Positions 10,658 through 20,832 of a stretch of 64,000 nucleotides of DNA are shown here, one piece after another. The position numbers and the translations under genes were made by a program. The stretch's first letter is position 1. The number at the start of each line of letters is the position of its first letter. The notes below the pieces were generated by a model, which ran no database searches, was not told the DNA's origin, and worked only from the letters and a program-made list of their open reading frames with translations. This stretch comes from an uncultured virus (IMG/VR IMGVR_UViG_3300042895_000198) (Duplodnaviria > Heunggongvirae > Uroviricota > Caudoviricetes): IMG/VR virus record IMGVR_UViG_3300042895_000198, positions 1 to 64,000 of that record; one strand, given 5' to 3'.

Positions 10658-10686
10658 TTGACATTTAGTTACACTTAGTGTAACCT
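10658..10686 (+). promoter_or_regulatory. Sigma70-type promoter with overlapping palindrome
   Basis: TTGACA-N17-TAACCT; GTTACACT-T-AGTGTAAC palindrome at 10668-10684. Confidence 0.55.
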
Positions 10687-10707
10687 TCCGATAAGAGGAA
10701 TTTTATT

Positions 10708-11145
10708 ATGAAACAGTTAGATGAGTTACTAGAAACATGGCGGCAAGATTGTGATATCGACCGCACAGAGCCTGCTAGGGCATTGTTAGATATCCCCAAA
10801 CTACACAGTAAGTATTTGAATATACTTTCAAGGCATCGTTTGCTTTCAAAAGAATCTGAGTTTAAGTATAACAAGATGAAGAAGTTGAAGTGGGAATACT
10901 ACACAGGTAAGTTAGACGATGACGACCTTGCTAAGTATGGATGGAAACCATTTCCATTTCTACTTAAATCCGACATCACTACATATATGGATAGTGATGA
11001 GGATATGAACAAACACTTGGCACACAAGGCGATGCATGATGAAATCGTTGACGTATGTACATCTATTCTCAAAGAGCTAAATAGTAGAACGTTCCAATTA
11101 AGGGACTTTATAGCATGGGAAAGATTCATACAAGGTGTCGGTTGA
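10708..11145 (+). CDS. uvsY: Recombination mediator
   Basis: IPKLHSKYL, KWEYYTGK; upstream of uvsW. Confidence 0.9.
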   Translation: MKQLDELLETWRQDCDIDRTEPARALLDIPKLHSKYLNILSRHRLLSKESEFKYNKMKKLKWEYYTGKLDDDDLAKYGWKPFPFLLKSDITTYMDSDEDMNKHLAHKAMHDEIVDVCTSILKELNSRTFQLRDFIAWERFIQGVG

Positions 11146-12604
11146 TTTAATATTACATCATAAGGATGAGGCATTCATCCGTTTTGAGTGTGACAGAAAC
11201 ATAGCTCAAGAGTTATCAGACTATTTCACATTTCATGTTCCAGGTTACCAGTTTGTTCCTGCCTATAAGAATAGGCTTTGGGACGGGAAAATTAGGCTGG
11301 CAGACCTGAGAACATTTTTAATCTATCGTGGATTAATTCCTTACATTGAGAAGTTTTGTGAGGAACGAGAATACAAACTCGCATTAGACCCTATCATTAG
11401 TGTCACAGAAAACTTCTCCGCAATTGAGGCAGAACAATTTGCCAAGTCTTTGAATCTACCACATGAGGTTAGAGACTATCAATTGAAATCTTTTATTCAA
11501 GCAGTCCGTAATAAGAGGTTGTTATTATTATCACCAACTGCATCAGGTAAGTCTCTTATACTTTACCTTATCATTCGTTATTTGCAAATGGCGGATTACA
11601 AACGTGGCCTGTTAATCGTACCAACTACATCACTAGTTGAACAGATGTATTCTGATTTTGCATCTTATGGTTATGATTCAGACCAGTATTGCCACAGACA
11701 GTATGCAGGTAAAGACAAACACACAAATAAGTTTTTGACCATTACAACATGGCAATCAATATACAAAAACGAAAAAGATTACTTTGAACAATTTGATTTT
11801 GTTCTTGGTGATGAAGCACACCAGTTCAAAGCTAAATCTTTAACAACAATTTTATCTGGTTGTACCAACACAAAATATAGAATCGGTACAACTGGTACAC
11901 TAGATGGCACACAGACACACAGACTGGTACTAGAAGGTCTATTTGGTCCTGTTTACAAAGCAACTACAACTGCTGAGTTGATTGATAAAGGACAACTTGC
12001 CTCATTTAAAATTAAGTGTTTGATTTTAAAATATCCAGATGCAATTTGTAAAGAGGCTAGGTCTTGGGATTATAACCAAGAAATGGAATACATTGTAAAG
12101 AATAATGCACGTAATGAATTTATTAAGAACCTTGTTATGTCATTGAAAGGCAACTCTCTTGTTTTATTTCAGTTCGTAGAGAAACATGGTAAGAATTTAT
12201 ATGAGATTATCAAACAAGAAGCTGGTGATAGAAAAGTATTCTTTGTTCACGGTGGTACAGACGTAGATATTAGAGAATCAATAAGGGCGATTACAGAGAA
12301 AGAAATAGACGCAATCATTGTGGCTTCATATGGTACTTTCTCCACAGGCGTGAATATTCGCAACCTACATAATATTATATTCGCATCACCTTCAAAGTCG
12401 AGAGTTAGAAACTTACAATCGATTGGTCGTGGTCTTCGTTTAGGTGAAAATAAAGAACAAGCAGTTTTGTTCGATGTGGCTGATGACTTTAGAATAGGCA
12501 AATTTGCCAATTTTACATTGAAACATTTTGCCGAACGTGTTAAAATATATGATGAAGAAAAATTTAATTACAAATTTTACAATATAGAGTTAAAAAATGC
12601 CTAA
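11135..12604 (+). CDS. uvsW: SF2 DNA helicase
   Basis: WDGKIRL, SPTASGKS, GDEAHQ, LQSIGRGLR. Confidence 0.95.
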   Translation: MSVDLILHHKDEAFIRFECDRNIAQELSDYFTFHVPGYQFVPAYKNRLWDGKIRLADLRTFLIYRGLIPYIEKFCEEREYKLALDPIISVTENFSAIEAEQFAKSLNLPHEVRDYQLKSFIQAVRNKRLLLLSPTASGKSLILYLIIRYLQMADYKRGLLIVPTTSLVEQMYSDFASYGYDSDQYCHRQYAGKDKHTNKFLTITTWQSIYKNEKDYFEQFDFVLGDEAHQFKAKSLTTILSGCTNTKYRIGTTGTLDGTQTHRLVLEGLFGPVYKATTTAELIDKGQLASFKIKCLILKYPDAICKEARSWDYNQEMEYIVKNNARNEFIKNLVMSLKGNSLVLFQFVEKHGKNLYEIIKQEAGDRKVFFVHGGTDVDIRESIRAITEKEIDAIIVASYGTFSTGVNIRNLHNIIFASPSKSRVRNLQSIGRGLRLGENKEQAVLFDVADDFRIGKFANFTLKHFAERVKIYDEEKFNYKFYNIELKNA

Positions 12605-13031
12605 CCTTTTAGAAACAAATATCAAAATCGTAAGATTACAAAGTGGTGAGGACATTATAGCTGATTGCATGGCAACAGAAGATGAAGAAATTATTTCACT
12701 AAAACAACCAATGCATATCATATTCAAAAGAATTGCATCTGGTAGAAGTGTTATGATGATGATGCCTTGGTTGCCTATTGAATTGATTAAAGAGAATGTG
12801 GCCAACGTATATGGTGCAGACATTCTAACCATGATAGACCCTAAAGATGATTTGATTGAGTATTATCATAACTCAGTTAATGATGAAGACATGACAAAAG
12901 CTACAAGTGCTTCTATTCGCCCACAACTATTTGACGAGTATGATGATGATGAAGAACCAACTGACGAAGAATTAGATGAAGAAGAACTCGAAGAATTGTT
13001 AGAAGAAAAGAAACAAAGTAAAATACATTAA
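12597..13031 (+). CDS. Hypothetical protein (Sm-like N-terminus, acidic tail)
   Basis: IKIVRLQSGEDIIA; typical position after uvsW. Confidence 0.65.
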   Translation: MPNLLETNIKIVRLQSGEDIIADCMATEDEEIISLKQPMHIIFKRIASGRSVMMMMPWLPIELIKENVANVYGADILTMIDPKDDLIEYYHNSVNDEDMTKATSASIRPQLFDEYDDDEEPTDEELDEEELEELLEEKKQSKIH

Positions 13032-13048
13032 GTTATTGAGGACATATT

Positions 13049-14563
13049 ATGGCAAACGTGACATTCGTGGTACCAAGTAGTGCTAAAAAGGCCTATCAGG
13101 ATTTAGCAAACTACCACTCAGCAATTGAACCACCAACATGGGCGTGTTTACTTGCTCAATCAGTTAGAGCAAAAGGACATGAGCCTTGTATTCTGGACTT
13201 TGATGCAACACCAAAGACAGACGAAGATGCGGCAGAATCAATTGCCGATACAAAACCAAAGTTGGTAGTATTTGTTCTCTACGGACAAAATCCAAACTCA
13301 GGCACCACAATGATGATTGGTGCCACATCATTAGCAAAACAATTACGTATTAGTCATCCAAATCTAAAGATTGCTTTTGTTGGCTCACATGTGTCTGCAT
13401 TACCACATGAAGTAATTAAATATAACTTTGTTGACTTTGCTTTTATTAATGAAGGTGTTCATGCCCTCCACGCATTGTTACAAACAGATTTAGTTAATGA
13501 GTTGGATAAAGTTCCAGGTATTTGGTACAAACAACATTCATTACATAGACCATCAGCGCCTGCTAAAGTTGTTGAAACTAGAGACATGGACATTATGATG
13601 CCGGGTTATGCATGGGACTTATTACCTAAAAGAGAAAACCTATTAGACACATATCGTGCTCACTATTGGCATACAAACTTCTTAGATGAAGGAAGAACAC
13701 CATTTGCGGCAATTTACACATCATTAGGTTGCCAATTTGCATGTAACTTCTGTATGATTAACATTGTCAACAGAACTTCTTATGATATGGGAACAACATC
13801 GGCTGATTCTAAAGGTATGAGATTTTGGTCTCCAGAATTGGTATTAAAAGAATTCGAAGCCTTGTACAATTCAGGTGTTAGAACAATTCGTATTACAGAT
13901 GAAATGTTTTTTCTTAATAAGAAGTTCTATGTGCCGATTCTACAAGGCATTATTGACCGTGGTTTAAAATTTAATATGTGGGCATATGCTCGTGTTGATT
14001 CTATTCGTAAAGACCAACTTGCATTATTTAAAAAGGCTGGTGTAAATTGGTTAGCATTAGGCATCGAAGCAGGTAATCAAAACGTTAGACTTGAGATTGA
14101 TAAAGGTCGTTTTGAACAAGTTGATATCCGCCAAGTTGTGAGTGATATCAAAGATGCTGGCATCAATGTACTTGGTAACTATATGTTTGGTTTTCCAACA
14201 GACACATATGAAACAATGCAAGAGACATTAGACCTTGCGCTTGAGTTGAATTGTGAACATGCCAACTTCTATGCAGCTATGGCTTTGCCTGGTAGTCCAT
14301 TGTATATGCATGCTAAAAGTAATAACTGGGAATTGCCGCAATCATTTGAAGAATATGCCTTCTTATCATATGATTGTAAACCAATGCGTACTAACACATT
14401 GACAGGTGCGGAAGTATTGAAGTTTCGTGATGATGCATGGCACACATACTTCTCTAATGAAAACTTTATTAATTTGGTAGATGATAAATTTGGTGCTCAG
14501 TCTAAACAAAATGTAGAAAATATGGCCCAAATTCGTTTGAAAAGGAAAATTCTAGGTGACTAA
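13049..14563 (+). CDS. Cobalamin-binding radical SAM enzyme
   Basis: N-terminal B12-binding-like domain (GSHVSALP); CxxxCxxC motif SLGCQFACNFC; GIEAG, YMFGFP. Confidence 0.85.
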   Translation: MANVTFVVPSSAKKAYQDLANYHSAIEPPTWACLLAQSVRAKGHEPCILDFDATPKTDEDAAESIADTKPKLVVFVLYGQNPNSGTTMMIGATSLAKQLRISHPNLKIAFVGSHVSALPHEVIKYNFVDFAFINEGVHALHALLQTDLVNELDKVPGIWYKQHSLHRPSAPAKVVETRDMDIMMPGYAWDLLPKRENLLDTYRAHYWHTNFLDEGRTPFAAIYTSLGCQFACNFCMINIVNRTSYDMGTTSADSKGMRFWSPELVLKEFEALYNSGVRTIRITDEMFFLNKKFYVPILQGIIDRGLKFNMWAYARVDSIRKDQLALFKKAGVNWLALGIEAGNQNVRLEIDKGRFEQVDIRQVVSDIKDAGINVLGNYMFGFPTDTYETMQETLDLALELNCEHANFYAAMALPGSPLYMHAKSNNWELPQSFEEYAFLSYDCKPMRTNTLTGAEVLKFRDDAWHTYFSNENFINLVDDKFGAQSKQNVENMAQIRLKRKILGD

Positions 14564-15155
14564 AGATGATTTAATTAATTTCGAGAACCGAATTGCCGAT
14601 AGATTCAACAATGGTGATATTAGAGCACCAGTTCATCTTTATTCTGGCAATGAGGAACAAATGATTGAGATAATGAAAGACGTTAGACCTGATGATTGGG
14701 TATTCTGTTCTTGGCGCTCACACTATCAATGCCTTCTAAAAGGTGTTCCAATGAATAAAGTGGAAGAAGAAATCGTAAAAGGCCACTCTATTACATTGTG
14801 TTTTACCGATTACAATATTTACTCCTCTGCTATTGTTGGTGGTGTTTTACCAATTGCGGTGGGTACTGCTATGTCACTTAAACGTGATAAGAAAGATGCA
14901 ATGGTATATTGTTTCTTAGGTGATATGACTTCTGAAACAGGTATTGCTCATGAGTCTATTAAGTATGCCTTGAACCATAATTTGCCAATTAAGTTTATCA
15001 TTGAAGATAATAGTAAGTCTGTATGTACCGACACAAGAGATGCTTGGGGTTTTAAAGAATTAACTTTCGAAAATGCTATTAATGATAAAATTGTTTATTA
15101 CAAATATGATAACAAGTACCCACATGCAGGTGCTGGAAAGAGAGTGCAGTTTTGA
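14556..15155 (+). CDS. TPP-dependent enzyme, E1 alpha-like subunit
   Basis: PVHLYSGNE, WRSHY, SAIVGG, TPP motif GD...EDN. Confidence 0.85.
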   Translation: MTKDDLINFENRIADRFNNGDIRAPVHLYSGNEEQMIEIMKDVRPDDWVFCSWRSHYQCLLKGVPMNKVEEEIVKGHSITLCFTDYNIYSSAIVGGVLPIAVGTAMSLKRDKKDAMVYCFLGDMTSETGIAHESIKYALNHNLPIKFIIEDNSKSVCTDTRDAWGFKELTFENAINDKIVYYKYDNKYPHAGAGKRVQF

Positions 15156-15682
15156 AATACTTTGATGAATTAAAACGTAGCATGGAATGGCTTGCGACAC
15201 ATGAACGTGTGTTGTTTATGGGTCAGGCAGTAGCAGAACCAGGTACAGGCATGTCAAACACTTTGAAAGATATTGACCGCAGTAAGCTATTAGAGTTACC
15301 TGTTGCAGAAGATATGCAGATGGGTATGACTTTAGGTATGGCATTGAGTGGTCATATTCCAGTTAGCATCTATCCAAGATGGAACTTTCTATTATGTGCG
15401 ACCAATCAGTTGGTGAGTCACCTAGATAAAGTGTCAGCAATGTCTGATTATAAAGTAAAGACTATTATTCGTACAAGTATTGGTTCAGAAAGGCCATTAC
15501 ATCCACAGGCACAACACGTTGGTGATTTTACTGATGCATTTAAATTGATGTGTAAAACGGTAGATATTATTAAACTTGAAAATCCTAAGGATATATTCCC
15601 TGCTTATGAACTTGCGTTATTGAGAGATGATAACCGTTCTACAATTATTGTTGAGTACGGAGATTATTATAATGAAAAATGA
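15152..15682 (+). CDS. TPP-dependent enzyme, E1 beta/transketolase pyrimidine-binding subunit
   Basis: LFMGQ, ELPVAEDMQMGMTLGMA, HPQAQH; lacks the C-terminal domain. Confidence 0.85.
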   Translation: MKYFDELKRSMEWLATHERVLFMGQAVAEPGTGMSNTLKDIDRSKLLELPVAEDMQMGMTLGMALSGHIPVSIYPRWNFLLCATNQLVSHLDKVSAMSDYKVKTIIRTSIGSERPLHPQAQHVGDFTDAFKLMCKTVDIIKLENPKDIFPAYELALLRDDNRSTIIVEYGDYYNEK

Positions 15683-16662
15683 TTATCACTAAAACACCAT
15701 ATCGTTTATCTCTATTTGGTGGCGGCACAGATTATCCTGCATGGTATAGTAAACATCCATGCAGGATTTTATCAGCTGCAATGGCAAACTATTGTTATAT
15801 TACTGTTAAAGAGTTACCGCCATTCTTTGAACATAAAACAAGAGTGGTTTACTCCAAAATTGAAAGCGTTAACACAGTAGATGAGATAGACCATCCTTCT
15901 GTTAGAGCATGTTTACAACACATGGGGATTACAGGAGACATTTCTATTGTGCATGATGGAGACTTACCTGCACGTTCTGGCATAGGCTCCAGTTCTTCAT
16001 TCACAGTTGGTCTATTGAATGCTCTACATGAATATAAGAATAAACCTTTTGGGTCTTTAAATTGCCTGGCAAAAGAAGCCATACACATTGAACAGAATGT
16101 TCTAGGTGAGAATGTAGGCATACAAGACCAAATCATGGCTGCATATGGCGGTATTCGTGTTATTAAAATGAATGAAAATGGTTGGTCAACAGAAGAATTA
16201 AAATTAGATTCTAATTACATTAAAAATCTAGAGTCTCATATCATGCTTGGGTTTTCTGGAGTAAGTAGATTTTCAGGAGAACATTCTTGTAAAGTTGTTA
16301 CCAAAATTAAAGAAGATAAAATTCATAGTCAACTGACAGATATGGCAGCACTTGCGGACAGCGCCATAAATAGTATTACCAGACATTGTAGTGTAGAAGA
16401 AATTGGAAAGTTACTACACGAAGGGTTTACTATCAAACAATCCATTGGTACAGAACCATGGATTGATGATATCTACCAACATTCTTTACAATGTGGCTCA
16501 TTAGGTGGCAAACTAATGGGTGCTGGCGGTGGTGGTTTTTTTATGTTTTTAGTACCACCTGAGAGACAAGGAGAATTTAAAAAACAAATGAGTTCTATTA
16601 AAGTGTGGGTGCCATTTAAATTTGATACAAATGGTAGCCAAATTATACATCAATCAAACTGA
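15679..16662 (+). CDS. GHMP sugar kinase (HddA-like heptose-7-phosphate kinase family)
   Basis: TPYRLSLFGGGTD, PARSGIGSSS, GIQDQ, KLMGAGGGGF. Confidence 0.88.
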   Translation: MIITKTPYRLSLFGGGTDYPAWYSKHPCRILSAAMANYCYITVKELPPFFEHKTRVVYSKIESVNTVDEIDHPSVRACLQHMGITGDISIVHDGDLPARSGIGSSSSFTVGLLNALHEYKNKPFGSLNCLAKEAIHIEQNVLGENVGIQDQIMAAYGGIRVIKMNENGWSTEELKLDSNYIKNLESHIMLGFSGVSRFSGEHSCKVVTKIKEDKIHSQLTDMAALADSAINSITRHCSVEEIGKLLHEGFTIKQSIGTEPWIDDIYQHSLQCGSLGGKLMGAGGGGFFMFLVPPERQGEFKKQMSSIKVWVPFKFDTNGSQIIHQSN

Positions 16663-16670
16663 GGTTTATT

Positions 16671-17840
16671 ATGAAATTTCCATTAATGCGAAATAATATT
16701 TTGAGAAGTGAGTTAGATGCCGTCATTGAGCATTTGAAACAAGATGATCCAATTCTAACCAATGGCCCTAATTGCCGAGCATTCGAAGAAGAATGGTCTA
16801 AGTGGTTAGGCGTTAAGTATTCTGTTTTTGTTAACTCAGGTGCTTCTGCCAATCTGTTGTCAATGACCTTATTGAAGATTCAACACCCATTTGGTGGTGA
16901 AATCATTGTACCACCTTTGACATGGGTATCAGATATAGCTTCTGTATTGCAATGCGGATTCACACCAGTGTTTGTTGATATTGACCCAAGAACATTGGCA
17001 ATGGATACAAAAGGTATTATTAATGCCATCACACCAAACACTAAGGCAGTTTTCTTATCACATATCCAAGGTTTTAATGGCCTTACTGATGAATTGTTGG
17101 ATGAATTAAAGAAACGAGATATTCCTTTAATTGAAGATGTGTGTGAATCACATGGTGCAACACATAAAGGTAAGAAACTAGGGTCTTTTGGTTGGACTTC
17201 TAATTTCTCATTCTACTATGCTCATCACATGACCACAATTGAAGGCGGTATGGTTTGTACCAATGATGAAGAAACTTATCAGACCTTGAGAATGTTAAGG
17301 TCACATGGTATGGTTCGTGAGCTATCTAACCAAGACTATAAAGATTGTTGGATTGAAGATAATCCCGGTTGTAATCCAGAATTCATTTTTGCTTACCCGG
17401 CTTACAATATGCGTAACAACGAAATAGGCGGCATACTTGGTCGAAAACAGTTGCCAAACTTAGATGAAAATGTTAAAATAAGGAACTTTAACAATGAAAG
17501 GTTCTTACGTAACATAGATTCAAACAAATACTTTACTGATTTTGAGCTAGAAGGTGCTAGTAACTATGCATTCAACCTAGTGTTAAAAGATAAAGATAAT
17601 GTTCGTTTGGCTAATCTTATGAAGACCTTGAAAGAATCTGGAGTTGAATTCAGAAGAGGCAGTGCTGGTGGTGGTAATCAATTAAGACAACCTTATTTGA
17701 AAAACTTAATGCCTCCTGCACACTACGAAGAATTTAAAAACACGGAACATATTCACTTCTATGGATTCTACATTGGTAATTTTCCATCAATGACAGTAAA
17801 TGAAATTGATGAGATTTGTGAAATAATTAATAAGGTATAA
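16671..17840 (+). CDS. DegT/DnrJ-family PLP enzyme, ColD/RfbH-type 3-dehydratase
   Basis: VNSGASAN, IEDVCESHGA, FSFYYAHHMTTIEGG (His at the usual catalytic Lys position). Confidence 0.85.
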   Translation: MKFPLMRNNILRSELDAVIEHLKQDDPILTNGPNCRAFEEEWSKWLGVKYSVFVNSGASANLLSMTLLKIQHPFGGEIIVPPLTWVSDIASVLQCGFTPVFVDIDPRTLAMDTKGIINAITPNTKAVFLSHIQGFNGLTDELLDELKKRDIPLIEDVCESHGATHKGKKLGSFGWTSNFSFYYAHHMTTIEGGMVCTNDEETYQTLRMLRSHGMVRELSNQDYKDCWIEDNPGCNPEFIFAYPAYNMRNNEIGGILGRKQLPNLDENVKIRNFNNERFLRNIDSNKYFTDFELEGASNYAFNLVLKDKDNVRLANLMKTLKESGVEFRRGSAGGGNQLRQPYLKNLMPPAHYEEFKNTEHIHFYGFYIGNFPSMTVNEIDEICEIINKV

Positions 17841-17841
17841 A

Positions 17842-18768
17842 ATGGCAAATATTTTAGTGACAGGCGGTGCAGGGTATATTGGTTCTACACTTGTACCAAT
17901 TCTTTTAAGTAAAGGACATAACGTAACTGTACTTGATAACTTTATGTATGGCCAAACGTCTTTGAACCAATTGGCACACTTGAAAAACTTTAATGTGTTT
18001 AGTGGTGATGTTCGTATTAAATCTGACATTGCACCAATGTTAAAACAAGCTGATGTTATTATTCCATTGGCTGCATATGTTGGTGCACCATTGTGTAACA
18101 AGGATCCAATTGGTGCATCTTCTACCAATAAAGATGCCATCTTTTTGATGCTTGATAACTTGTCACAGAATCAAGTCGTATTGATGCCTACAACTAATAG
18201 TGCCTATGGTACAGGTACATATTGTACCGAAGAATCATCATTGAATCCTATTTCACTTTATGCCAAAGATAAAGTTGAAGTCGAGAAACGTTTGATGGAT
18301 CATCCTAACTCCATTAGTTACCGATTGGCAACAGTATTTGGTATGTCACCACGTATGAGAATTGATTTGCTTGTCAACGATTTTGTACACCGAGCCGTTA
18401 ATGATGGATGTGCTGTGTTATTTGAAGGCCATTTCAAACGTAACTATGTTCATGTACGTGATGTTTCTAATGCATTTGTACATGCGCTAAATAACTTTGA
18501 AGACATGAAAGATGAAATCTACAATGTGGGTTTATCAGAGGCTAATGTTTCTAAATGGGAACTGTGTGAAGTGATTAAGAAATATATTCCTAGTTTCACA
18601 TTTTTGGAAGCTGAAGTTGGTAAAGACCCTGACCAACGAAACTATATTGTATCTAATGAAAAGATTGAGGCAACTGGTTTCAAAACTCAACACACATTAG
18701 ATTCAGGTGTTGAAGAACTCATTAAGGGTTATCGTATGATTAACAACCGTAAATATGGTAATGTTTAA
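17842..18768 (+). CDS. NAD-dependent sugar epimerase/dehydratase/reductase (SDR)
   Basis: GGAGYIGS, YAKDK (YxxxK), RLATVFG, RNYVHVRD. Confidence 0.9.
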   Translation: MANILVTGGAGYIGSTLVPILLSKGHNVTVLDNFMYGQTSLNQLAHLKNFNVFSGDVRIKSDIAPMLKQADVIIPLAAYVGAPLCNKDPIGASSTNKDAIFLMLDNLSQNQVVLMPTTNSAYGTGTYCTEESSLNPISLYAKDKVEVEKRLMDHPNSISYRLATVFGMSPRMRIDLLVNDFVHRAVNDGCAVLFEGHFKRNYVHVRDVSNAFVHALNNFEDMKDEIYNVGLSEANVSKWELCEVIKKYIPSFTFLEAEVGKDPDQRNYIVSNEKIEATGFKTQHTLDSGVEELIKGYRMINNRKYGNV

Positions 18769-19166
18769 TGGAATACAATAAGAAGAATTTAAAATTGGTG
18801 TCAGATATCATTATTAGAAATCTATCACCAGACTTATTACCTAAGAAATGGGTTGAACGTAATTCAAACAACCCAATGTTTGGCCATTGTCATACCGCTT
18901 CTGGTTGCCTACAGAAAGTATTTGGTACAAAGAATATTAAACTATACCGTGCTTTAGATGATGAACAAATCTGGCATTGGTGGGTAGTAGATGTTAACGG
19001 AGATTTGATTGACCTGACTGCCGAACAATACTATTCTCAAGGGAGAAACCCACCCTACAATGATGGGACCAAGGCATCGATACTAGGATTTGACTATCGT
19101 AAACGTGTCTTGAGGTTACTGGAAAAGGTAACTAAAGAATTATCTGAAAACGGAACACCGCTATGA
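18768..19166 (+). CDS. Hypothetical protein (possible Cys-His-Asp transglutaminase-like fold)
   Basis: GHCHTAS...HWW...IDLT pattern. Confidence 0.55.
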   Translation: MEYNKKNLKLVSDIIIRNLSPDLLPKKWVERNSNNPMFGHCHTASGCLQKVFGTKNIKLYRALDDEQIWHWWVVDVNGDLIDLTAEQYYSQGRNPPYNDGTKASILGFDYRKRVLRLLEKVTKELSENGTPL

Positions 19167-19191
19167 TATGCTTATTTGAAGTTGTTGTCAA
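19163..19191 (-). promoter_or_regulatory. Antisense sigma70-type promoter
   Basis: Minus strand reads TTGACA-N17-TATCAT. Confidence 0.55.
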
Positions 19192-19225
19192 GCGCTAATA
19201 CAGGCAAATGTGAAAGAATATTATT

Positions 19226-19765
19226 ATGACTGAAAAGAAACCTAAACACTATATTAACAACCCAGACTTCCTTGCCGCCTTGGTAAAGTATAGAAGTCAA
19301 TGTGATGAGGCTAAGACTTTAGGTAAAGAAGACCCCAAGATACCAAACTATATTGGTGAATGTTTCTTAAAGATTGCAGAACACCTATCACGTAAGCCAA
19401 ACTTCATCTCCTATTCCTTCCGTGATGAGATGATTGCCGATGGTATTGAAAACTGCCTGATGTACTTCAGAAACTTTGACCCGGTAAAGAGTAACAATCC
19501 ATTTGCTTATTTCACTCAAATAGTGTATTATGCTTTCTTACGCCGTATTATGAAAGAGAAAAAACAGCTCTATGTCAAATACAAGGCAACACAACAGATT
19601 GGTATACTAGACGAATTTGAAATGTTTGAAGATGCAGATGGGCATCAGAAACAGTTCCAATTATATGACAATATCTCCGAATTCATTTTCAACTTTGAAG
19701 AAAGTAAGAGAAAGAAGAAAGAGGGTAAAGCTAAAGGTCTGGAAAAGTTTATTGAAGAAATATGA
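19226..19765 (+). CDS. gp55: Late-transcription sigma factor
   Basis: HYINNPDFL, YIGECFLKIA, NPFAYFTQIVYYAFLRRI. Confidence 0.95.
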   Translation: MTEKKPKHYINNPDFLAALVKYRSQCDEAKTLGKEDPKIPNYIGECFLKIAEHLSRKPNFISYSFRDEMIADGIENCLMYFRNFDPVKSNNPFAYFTQIVYYAFLRRIMKEKKQLYVKYKATQQIGILDEFEMFEDADGHQKQFQLYDNISEFIFNFEESKRKKKEGKAKGLEKFIEEI

Positions 19766-20832
19766 AATTAGTTATTCTTGGTGACACACACTTTGGTGCT
19801 CGTGGTGATTCGTTAGATTTCCACAGATTCTTCCAAAGATTTTATGATGAGGTATTTTTCCCATACCTATTAGAGAATGATATTAAGGTAGTTGTACAGT
19901 TGGGTGATTTGTTTGATAGACGCAAGTTTATTAATTTCAATTCACTCTATCTTGCTCGCAAATACTTTTTTAATAAGCTCAAAGAACACAACATTACAAT
20001 GTACACTCTATTAGGTAACCATGATGTTGCCTATAAGAATACACTTGAAGTTAATTCATCAAGTATGTTATTGAAAGAGTATGATAATGTCACGGTGTTC
20101 GATGAGTTCGCCACAATCGATTTTGGTGGTGTTCCTATCGATGTGATACCATGGCTATGCGATGACAATGAAGATGAAATCTTTACCAAAATCAAAGAAT
20201 CGAAATCACAAATTTGTTTTGGGCATTTTGAGATTTCAGGCTTTGAGATGGATAGAGGCAATGTTAGCGATGTAGGTATTGACAAGAAGACATTAAACAA
20301 GTATGATATGGTCATTACTGGTCACTTTCATCACAAATCGGATGATGGGAATATCTTCTACACAGGCACTCCTTATGAGATGACTTGGGCAGACTATCAG
20401 GATGATAAAGGCTTTCATGTCTTTGATACTGATACTAGAAATATGGAGTTCATAGTAAATCCAAATCGTATGTTCCGAAAGGTAATGTATGATGATTCAA
20501 AACAAGACTTTGAATCTTGGAAACAATATGACTACCCATCTTTGAAAGACTGTTATGTGAAAGTTGTTGTTATCAATAAACAAAATCCATATTTGTTTGA
20601 TAATGTATTAGACAACCTATACAAAGCAGGCCTATCTGATATTTCTATCGTAGAAGATTTTACTGATACCGCATTTGATACTGACCAAGATATTATTGAC
20701 CAAGCGGAAGATACAATGACAATACTTTCAAAGTACATTGATAACCTTCAATTGCAGGTTGAACCAGAGAAATTAAAAAACATAATGCGTGAACTCTATG
20801 TTGAGGCATTGAATACAGAAGTAGCTGAATGA
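19762..20832 (+). CDS. gp47: Recombination endonuclease subunit (Mre11/SbcD-like)
   Basis: GDTHFG, GDLFD, GNHD, GHFH. Confidence 0.95.
   Translation: MKLVILGDTHFGARGDSLDFHRFFQRFYDEVFFPYLLENDIKVVVQLGDLFDRRKFINFNSLYLARKYFFNKLKEHNITMYTLLGNHDVAYKNTLEVNSSSMLLKEYDNVTVFDEFATIDFGGVPIDVIPWLCDDNEDEIFTKIKESKSQICFGHFEISGFEMDRGNVSDVGIDKKTLNKYDMVITGHFHHKSDDGNIFYTGTPYEMTWADYQDDKGFHVFDTDTRNMEFIVNPNRMFRKVMYDDSKQDFESWKQYDYPSLKDCYVKVVVINKQNPYLFDNVLDNLYKAGLSDISIVEDFTDTAFDTDQDIIDQAEDTMTILSKYIDNLQLQVEPEKLKNIMRELYVEALNTEVAE

Noticed and set aside
14556..15682. Pyruvate dehydrogenase as a central-metabolism auxiliary gene
   Set aside because: The subunits are truncated, E2/E3 are absent, and the genes sit among sugar-nucleotide genes.
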